Assembly: GCA_046582655.1 (NCBI GenBank)
Contig: JAYGDX010000195.1
Coordinates: 1-64,000 of the forward strand
Length of the DNA stretch: 64,000 nucleotides
Source of the DNA: Candidatus Poribacteria bacterium
Lineage (GTDB): Bacteria > Poribacteria > WGA-4E > UBA9662
Direction: 5' to 3'
Positions within the stretch are counted from its first letter, which is position 1; the number at the start of each line of letters is the position of its first letter. Both the position numbers and the translations under genes were made by a program. Under the pieces are notes generated by a model, which saw only the letters and a list, made by a program, of their open reading frames with translations, did no database searches and had not been told where the DNA came from. Shown here piece after piece: positions 57,892 through 64,000 of this stretch.

Positions 57892-59844
57892 TCATACTAA
57901 ATGGTCAAACGAATATGATCGATCTGACACGCTTTGTCTCTCTTCTGAACTTTGACTGCCTGTCATCGTTTGTCGAATTGCCTGAGACATTTGATCCATG
58001 TCGCGATTTGAACCATTCCAACCGTCTTGACGATATCCCATGTTTTCTTGCCAACCGTTAAACTGGTTCGATTGATGAGAACTGTCTCCATGTTGCGAAT
58101 CGCCACTACCAGTTGTCACTTGGAAGTTGTCAATTTGAATACCCTGGTCAGTAAGCGCACTACGAAGTTGTGCCAGGTTTCCACGGACAACTTCAGCAAC
58201 CATGGCATTCCGAACGTGGATTCGAGCATTAAGCGAACTATCTTCAAACAAAAGCCGAATGTGAAGCCGACCCAGTCTGGGAGGTTCAAGATCGATAACT
58301 GCCTCCTGCATACCTCGAGACAGCTGCGGACTGATTTTATCAATAATCTGAATCATCACACGGTCGGCGTTGGCCAGTTGTAGTGTTGCAGCATTGTTAA
58401 GTCCCTCGGCGCTATTCATTAAAGCGGCAAGCTGATTTGCATCCAGATTTTGAATTTGATTCCAACTCAACGTTAAGTTCTGAACCGAATTTGTGACGGT
58501 ACTTGGAGCATTAGCTACCAGTTCGGACGGTAGCTGGATTTTCTGAGAATCCAACTGCTGTTGCTGTTGACCATTACTACTCTGATTTGAATCCAACTGC
58601 ATCAGTGCAGTTCTAAGCCGTTGCAACAAAGCAAAATTTGTCTGATTGCCATCACCAACATTAGCTAACAATTCAACCAGCGCCGTTCGCCCGCCATCCT
58701 CCGCTTTCGGCTGGGCAATCAGGAAGTCGCGGACAGAACCAATCAAAGAGGCCCTAGAACGAGCTCGTCTTAGGAGATCCGACTCTCCGTTGTCAGACGA
58801 ATCGGCATCAGTAGAAGGAGCTTGAACTACATGAAACTGACGGGAATTCGTTTGCTCCATATCAACTGTCTGCTGCCGAGAAACCAGGACATTCTCAACA
58901 TTTTGCTGACTCAATTCCACATCCGGCGGCGTGTTTTCAGGCGCAGAAAAATCCTGATTTAATTCGACTGCTGCAATTTCTTCTTCGACTGACGTTATCT
59001 CTACCTCAACGCCTTTGGCATCCATTGGCATAGCCAGACCTTCTGAAGATGATTCAACTACCTCAGTTCTAGGCTGATCCATATCAACCGCTGCAAACAA
59101 TCCGGAATCATAATCCACCGGTGAAACGGCAGTTTCATCCTCAGGCAGATTATCAAGATTAGCTTCTGTAGACACAACAACATTTTCAAACCGAACAACA
59201 TCCGCTGCTTCAATATCGATTTCGGTTTCCGATGCAACCGATGTGCCAGATATAGAAACAGGCTCGAGCTCCCCATCCGGAATAATCTGGGATGAAGCAA
59301 CTAGAGATTTCAAGTCAATATCAGGTGCATTTTCCAGCCCATCTCTGGTCAAGCCAGCAACAACTGCCTCCAAGACCTCTTCTAGATTGGTTGTTGCTTG
59401 TTGTCCAACTCCATCCAACGACGCATTAGTTCCTTCAGCACTATCTTCAACCGTGTCAATATACTGACTAAGTTGCCGAATCACCATATCGGCCAAGCCA
59501 AGTTGTCCACTTTCTGCCATCCTCAGGGCGTACTGCTCATCGAGCATGCTGTTAAAGATTTTCATCGAAGTGCTGTTAGCACCAAGAAAATCTGTTTGGT
59601 TGGCTGTATCCCGCATCATAGAGAGCAGTTGGGCGGTAAAGACAGCTTCAAACTCCTTTGCAGTCTCCGCCAGTTTCTCAGTATCAGAACTTACCGATGA
59701 CCCTGCGATCAAACCTCTTCTGATACTCTCAACTTTAGGATTGTCCTGTTTCCCCACATTGGCATGGGAAAGTAATTTTTTAGATGCAGCCGTATCTAAG
59801 CTTTCATCTGTTAGCTCTTGTAATAAAACAGGAAAAACTTCCAT
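57892..59844 (-). CDS. fliK: Fusion of the FlgJ rod-binding domain and hook-length control protein FliK
   Basis: N-terminal KLAETAKEFEAVFTAQLLSMMR...MLDEQYA...LGLADMVIRQLS; acidic low-complexity linker; C-terminal LEPPRLGRLHI...NLAQLRSALTDQGI. Confidence 0.85.
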   Translation of the reverse strand: MEVFPVLLQELTDESLDTAASKKLLSHANVGKQDNPKVESIRRGLIAGSSVSSDTEKLAETAKEFEAVFTAQLLSMMRDTANQTDFLGANSTSMKIFNSMLDEQYALRMAESGQLGLADMVIRQLSQYIDTVEDSAEGTNASLDGVGQQATTNLEEVLEAVVAGLTRDGLENAPDIDLKSLVASSQIIPDGELEPVSISGTSVASETEIDIEAADVVRFENVVVSTEANLDNLPEDETAVSPVDYDSGLFAAVDMDQPRTEVVESSSEGLAMPMDAKGVEVEITSVEEEIAAVELNQDFSAPENTPPDVELSQQNVENVLVSRQQTVDMEQTNSRQFHVVQAPSTDADSSDNGESDLLRRARSRASLIGSVRDFLIAQPKAEDGGRTALVELLANVGDGNQTNFALLQRLRTALMQLDSNQSSNGQQQQQLDSQKIQLPSELVANAPSTVTNSVQNLTLSWNQIQNLDANQLAALMNSAEGLNNAATLQLANADRVMIQIIDKISPQLSRGMQEAVIDLEPPRLGRLHIRLLFEDSSLNARIHVRNAMVAEVVRGNLAQLRSALTDQGIQIDNFQVTTGSGDSQHGDSSHQSNQFNGWQENMGYRQDGWNGSNRDMDQMSQAIRQTMTGSQSSEERQSVSDRSYSFDHLV

Positions 59845-59856
59845 TATCTAAATCCT

Positions 59857-60912
59857 TCACATAATGATTAAAGTTGCATGCAACGCGCCCGCCTTTTCCA
59901 TCAACTTCAAGACCTCGATCAGATCTTCGGTCTTTGTGCCAACAGACTTGAGGGCAGTAATAACATCATCTAAAGTGGTTCCGTTAGAAGACACAGGAGT
60001 AATTTTGATGGTCGTCAATGCACTATCACCATCCTGGCCACTACCATTACCGAGAGAAACAGCAAATGGGGAGATTTGAACCCCTTCTCCAATAACAACT
60101 GCTCCCGTCTTAGGGTCAACAACAACGGTTGCTTGCATGTTAGGCTTAATCTTCAACTCACCAATCGCTGCAATAAAATTGACCAGCTTGCCACCATAGT
60201 AGGCCTTGGGAACTTCAACCTTGACGGTTCCTGAATCCACGGGTTCAGCCATGCCGTTCCAAAAAGTTTCATTAATCTTCTTAGCAATTAAACTCGATGT
60301 ACTATAGTTGGGATGATTCAAACGGAGAGTGATTGAATCCATGTCATCCAGACTTGCTTCCAAATTACGGATCACTAACCCTCCAGCCACAATTTTTCCA
60401 TTTGGCGGCAAAGTTCCGCCACGTTGTCCCTGTGGCCTGGTAACAACAATTCGACCCTGCGCCGTCGCATATACCTTTCCATCCCCGGCTTGCAATCGTG
60501 CGAAAATTAGCGTTCCATTGTTTAGATCCTTGGCGTCTCCCATTGAAGAAACAAACACATCAAGCCGATCCCCGGTTTTTGCAAAAGGCGGGAGGTCAGC
60601 TGTCACTATCACTGCAGCAATGTTCCTCGCCTGTAGCTGATCCGGATCCAGACGAACCCCCTCCATTCGGCTCAACATATTCGATAATGCTTGCCGTCCC
60701 AAGACTAAACGCGTGCTATCACCTGACCCCGGCAATCCAACGACAATCCCCATCCCCAATAACTGGTTTGAGTTGACTTCCTGAATTCGGGTGATATCTC
60801 CCATCTGAACTTCAACAGCAAAAACAGAAGTAACAAATATGAGAGAAAACAATAACGAAAATTGACATACAACCCGTTTTGAGTTCGAGTAATATATTTT
60901 CTTTTTCATCAC
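59857..60912 (-). CDS. flgI: P-ring protein FlgI
   Basis: NQLLGMGIVVGLPGSGD, NIAAVIVTADLPPFAKTGDRLDV, GKVYATAQG, AGALHATL. Confidence 0.95.
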   Translation of the reverse strand: MMKKKIYYSNSKRVVCQFSLLFSLIFVTSVFAVEVQMGDITRIQEVNSNQLLGMGIVVGLPGSGDSTRLVLGRQALSNMLSRMEGVRLDPDQLQARNIAAVIVTADLPPFAKTGDRLDVFVSSMGDAKDLNNGTLIFARLQAGDGKVYATAQGRIVVTRPQGQRGGTLPPNGKIVAGGLVIRNLEASLDDMDSITLRLNHPNYSTSSLIAKKINETFWNGMAEPVDSGTVKVEVPKAYYGGKLVNFIAAIGELKIKPNMQATVVVDPKTGAVVIGEGVQISPFAVSLGNGSGQDGDSALTTIKITPVSSNGTTLDDVITALKSVGTKTEDLIEVLKLMEKAGALHATLIIM

Positions 60913-60939
60913 TATTATTTCACTACCAGTACAACTTGG

Positions 60940-61584
60940 TTAAAAAAGAAGACCTAGAAGCGAACCAACAAAGCGGAAAGGAAAGGCAATGATCTCAACA
61001 ATCTTCCCTCCTTTATCTTGCTGATCCGGCGCACGATATTCAATTCTCGCGTTTGCTAGTGCCGATGAGACAACGCTATTATTAGGAGAAATATCTAAAG
61101 GGCGAACAATCCCTTCAACAGAAATCTCAGTTTCTTGATCGTCTATTGCCGTATGCTGAGTCCCTGCAACCCTCATATTTCCATTTTCAAATACTTGCAC
61201 AATAGTGGCAGTCACTGTCGCCACGAAACTGGTTTGACGCGAAGTTGTTTGAGCACCACCTCGTTTTGTTTGTCCTGTCAGCGAAGCTGTCCCACTACCA
61301 TCTGGTATCGCGCCCAAAAAGCCGGTTCCCCCCGGCAAATTGGCATTCGCGCTCAAAGCAGAACTTCGATTTTTAGACGACTGTGCGTTTTGGTTGGCTT
61401 GGGCATTCTGAACAATCACAACCGTTAGCAGATCTCCAACCTTTCTACTAATTAGATCACTGTAGAGTTCATCTGTAAGTTGCCCTTCCCGATATAAAAC
61501 CTGCGCATCCAACCCTCTAGCTAAGAACAAACAGACCAGCCCACAAATCATAATTATGACGAATCTAGCAAACTTTTTTAGCAT
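60940..61584 (-). CDS. flgH: L-ring protein FlgH (no lipobox)
   Basis: VGDLLTVVI, VFENGNMRVAG, GIVRPLDISPNNSVVSSALANARIEY. Confidence 0.9.
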   Translation of the reverse strand: MLKKFARFVIIMICGLVCLFLARGLDAQVLYREGQLTDELYSDLISRKVGDLLTVVIVQNAQANQNAQSSKNRSSALSANANLPGGTGFLGAIPDGSGTASLTGQTKRGGAQTTSRQTSFVATVTATIVQVFENGNMRVAGTQHTAIDDQETEISVEGIVRPLDISPNNSVVSSALANARIEYRAPDQQDKGGKIVEIIAFPFRFVGSLLGLLF

Positions 61585-61623
61585 AAATAACCCAACTTTA
61601 ATAATTCACAATAGCAGAACCAA

Positions 61624-62652
61624 TCACCGAACAACAACCTGGACGTCCCCACTGGACGTAACAACACCAACAACGGTCCTATTAGATTGACGATTTTTTA
61701 CTGATATTTCCTGCCCAATATAACCATCAGACAAGGCTTTGCCGGTACTTCTCACCCGAACTCCGTTAAAATCTGCAACGATTGTTATTAATTTTCCGCT
61801 CAAGATTTTTGGAATTCTTTCGACCATATTAGATATCAACACAGTTCCCGTGGAAATACGACGATTCGCACGTATCTGTTTAAATTGGGTTGCTTGGACA
61901 GGGGCGAGTCTCGCTTGGTCTAAGGTTTGAGTGGAGCCCTCAAAATCCTTTATGACCAGTGGATCGCCTCTGGTGAAGTCTTTCTTCGCGATCAATGTGT
62001 TAGCAGTCAGCTTTACGTCAAACGGAATTACAACTGACTTCCGTTTAACACCATCAATTAAAATGTCTAAATAGACACTGATACGTCCAGCGAGGAATTG
62101 GGACCGAAGCCGACGCAGAGAAAAATCAAGCTTGCCAGTCGGCAGACTGAGATTTGGGATTGAAGTATCCGCTTCAATTTGGTATTCGCCGCCCTCAAAA
62201 CGCTGTGTCAGTTCTTCTAACAAGGCACTTCGGGCAAAGCCGATAAGCTCTTGAGTGCTGACTAACATGGATTTTCTGCTGACAAGCACCTTTGTTTTCT
62301 TGGAAATATCGAATGAACTCGGTTCAAGACCGATCTCTCTCAATGCTTTCTTGGCAGTTTTTAATGAATTTCTAATAGAACCCGCATCTATAGCCACAGG
62401 AGGACGACCAACGAGAGGCGAGGACTTTAACTTTAGTGACCGAATAACCTCAAGCTGACTTTCAGTAAGCTGTGAACCCTCAATTTTCCGGGAAATATCC
62501 CCCATGTAAATGGATGGAGCATCAACTTCCACCTTATCAGCGAATGTGATTTTAATCGGTTCAGCAGAAGCTGACAAACAGGCGAAAACCAAAGACACAG
62601 CAAACAAAAAAGCTGCAAGTTTACAAACTTTCAAATGGAGCCTCTTCAACAA
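61624..62652 (-). CDS. flgA: P-ring formation chaperone FlgA
   Basis: Signal peptide; SAF-like domain; GKALSDGYIGQEISVKNRQSNRTVVGVV. Confidence 0.9.
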   Translation of the reverse strand: MLKRLHLKVCKLAAFLFAVSLVFACLSASAEPIKITFADKVEVDAPSIYMGDISRKIEGSQLTESQLEVIRSLKLKSSPLVGRPPVAIDAGSIRNSLKTAKKALREIGLEPSSFDISKKTKVLVSRKSMLVSTQELIGFARSALLEELTQRFEGGEYQIEADTSIPNLSLPTGKLDFSLRRLRSQFLAGRISVYLDILIDGVKRKSVVIPFDVKLTANTLIAKKDFTRGDPLVIKDFEGSTQTLDQARLAPVQATQFKQIRANRRISTGTVLISNMVERIPKILSGKLITIVADFNGVRVRSTGKALSDGYIGQEISVKNRQSNRTVVGVVTSSGDVQVVVR

Positions 62653-62689
62653 GCGTTAAAGCTAAAACAAATAAATAGTTGATTAAGAT

Positions 62690-63466
62690 CTACCTACGAA
62701 TTTGGTTTGCTGTTGATAACATATCATCGGAAGCGAGAATTGCGCGTGAGTTTGCTTCGTACGCACGTTGCGCTGTAATTAAACGAACCATTTCTTCAAC
62801 AACTTCAACGTTTGAAATCTCTAGAAAACCAGAGGTAACCGTTCCGAACTGGTCCTCCGTAGCCACACCAGAAGCTGCCGTTTGGCGATAGAAGTTTGCG
62901 CCGATGCTCTGCAAACCAGCGGGGTTAGGAAACCGGAAAATCGTAATTTGCCCAACCTGCTGAGGCTCTTCTTGACCATCGGAACGAACAGAAACGGTTC
63001 CATCAGGGCCGATCGAAACGTCTGCGGCATCCTCTGGAATATTGATAGACGGATCAAGAACATGACCATCGGTAGTAACAATCCGAAACTGATCATCTAA
63101 CTTGAAAGACCCATCACGAGTATAAATCAGGTTTTGTTTATCATCAACAACCTTAAAAAATGAATATGGACTGTCAAGCTTTAAGTCGAAAACGTTTTTC
63201 GTTTCGACAACATTGCCGAGCGAAAACATGCGTTGAGTTGCTGCGGTTCTTACACCATGACCGAGTTGTATTCCAACTGGAACAATCGTTTGCTGCGTGC
63301 TTTGCACACCTGGAGTCCGAAGTGTCTGGTACAGCAAATCTTGAAATTCAACCCGTGCTTTCTTGAAACCTGTGGTATTAACGTTAGCTAAGTTATTAGC
63401 AATTGTATCAACATTGAACTGTTGAGCTCGCATGCCAGTTGCAGCTGTAAACAATGCGTTAATCAT
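62690..63466 (-). CDS. flgG: Distal rod protein FlgG
   Basis: ALFTAATGMRAQQFNVDTIANNLANVNTTGFKK..EFQDLLYQT, YTRDGSF, AQRAYEANSR. Confidence 0.96.
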   Translation of the reverse strand: MINALFTAATGMRAQQFNVDTIANNLANVNTTGFKKARVEFQDLLYQTLRTPGVQSTQQTIVPVGIQLGHGVRTAATQRMFSLGNVVETKNVFDLKLDSPYSFFKVVDDKQNLIYTRDGSFKLDDQFRIVTTDGHVLDPSINIPEDAADVSIGPDGTVSVRSDGQEEPQQVGQITIFRFPNPAGLQSIGANFYRQTAASGVATEDQFGTVTSGFLEISNVEVVEEMVRLITAQRAYEANSRAILASDDMLSTANQIRR

Positions 63467-63817
63467 AAATTTCCTTCTTTAATCCCTACGACTTTAAAAA
63501 GGGCATTCCACATTTATGATTTATTGGGAAAGCACCATCAAGTCTCTAAATTTAAGTTATTTGGGAATACTATAAAGTTTCAGGGGCACCAAATTTCAAG
63601 GAGGGAATTAGCAGGTTTAAACAACACTACGTTCTCTGCAAAAAACAAGATTCACCGCAATCTTCCAAACATAAGCCCAAATACGGCTAATCTAAAATTG
63701 CTTGGCCGCTTCAATCGTTCAACAGCCATTGGCTTCTGCAAAGCAGTCCAGCCTTGAAATCCAAATCAGTAGTATCTACAGTTTCCCTTTTGCACCCTCT
63801 AACAAAAATGCCATGCT

Positions 63818-63846
63818 AGATTATCACACAGCAATTTTTTTGTCAA
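63818..63846 (-). promoter_or_regulatory. Candidate sigma70 promoter for the flgG operon
   Basis: TTGACA-N17-TAATCT, about 350 bp upstream of flgG. Confidence 0.4.
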
Positions 63847-64000
63847 CTAAAAAACTTGCTTTTTTTAGTTCAGCCTTTTTCAAGCAAAAATCCTCATTGA
63901 AACCCTATTGAATTCGCATTTCCCACCGCTATTATAATAGCCTTTCAAAACAAGCTATTGATATAATATCTTGCGAACAACTAAACTGCAAATATCAGAA

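Noticed and set aside
121..63911. Numerous 60-150 aa ORFs antisense or out-of-frame to annotated genes
   Set aside because: Shadow ORFs that mostly overlap well-supported genes and carry no motifs
1..64000. CRISPR array, prophage or rRNA
   Set aside because: No regularly spaced repeats, cas genes, phage structural genes or rRNA-like sequence seen
63467..64000. c-di-GMP riboswitch or sigma54 promoter upstream of flgG; palindrome GCTATTATAATAGC at 63928-63941
   Set aside because: No GEMM consensus and no TGGCAC-N5-TTGC. The palindrome is AT-rich and single-copy, so no function can be assigned.

Overview
About 49 genes from a diderm bacterium of roughly 40% GC (estimated by eye). The NYPNPFNPETWIPY-type C-terminal sorting domain, DUF1501, PhyH and Gfo/Idh/MocA genes suggest Candidatus Poribacteria; this placement is inference. 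Nearly all genes are on the minus strand; only argH and an IS5-family remnant at the left edge are on plus. The left half (1-35 kb) holds housekeeping and metabolic genes: smc-ftsY, UPF0182, a metallopeptidase/beta-propeller/Omp85 protein, argH, an AddA-like helicase-nuclease, lepA-lepB, pyrEF, a cysK-cysH-sulfur carrier-JAMM block, several oxidoreductases (one broken), tRNA-Asn, pcm, a barrel-fused SppA and an M14 deacylase. The right half (35.4-63.5 kb) is a flagellar rod/hook cluster in unusual order: flgG-A-H-I-[flgJ::fliK fusion]-D-TIGR02530-C-E-F, then a sigma28 promoter and flgN-K-L. It runs on into 11 tightly coupled accessory genes: cohesin/dockerin surface proteins, a lytic transglycosylase, a TPR lipoprotein, a second FliK-like/FlhB-CTD pair, a nested-domain PEGA/EF-hand/FGE-sulfatase protein, a cNMP-binding protein, FlgT-C-like proteins and an SH3 protein. 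FlgL carries two copies of a ~75-aa repeat that also appears three times in the FGE-sulfatase protein. This flagellum-linked accessory module is the best candidate for an undescribed system. All domain calls are by motif recognition only, with no database search.
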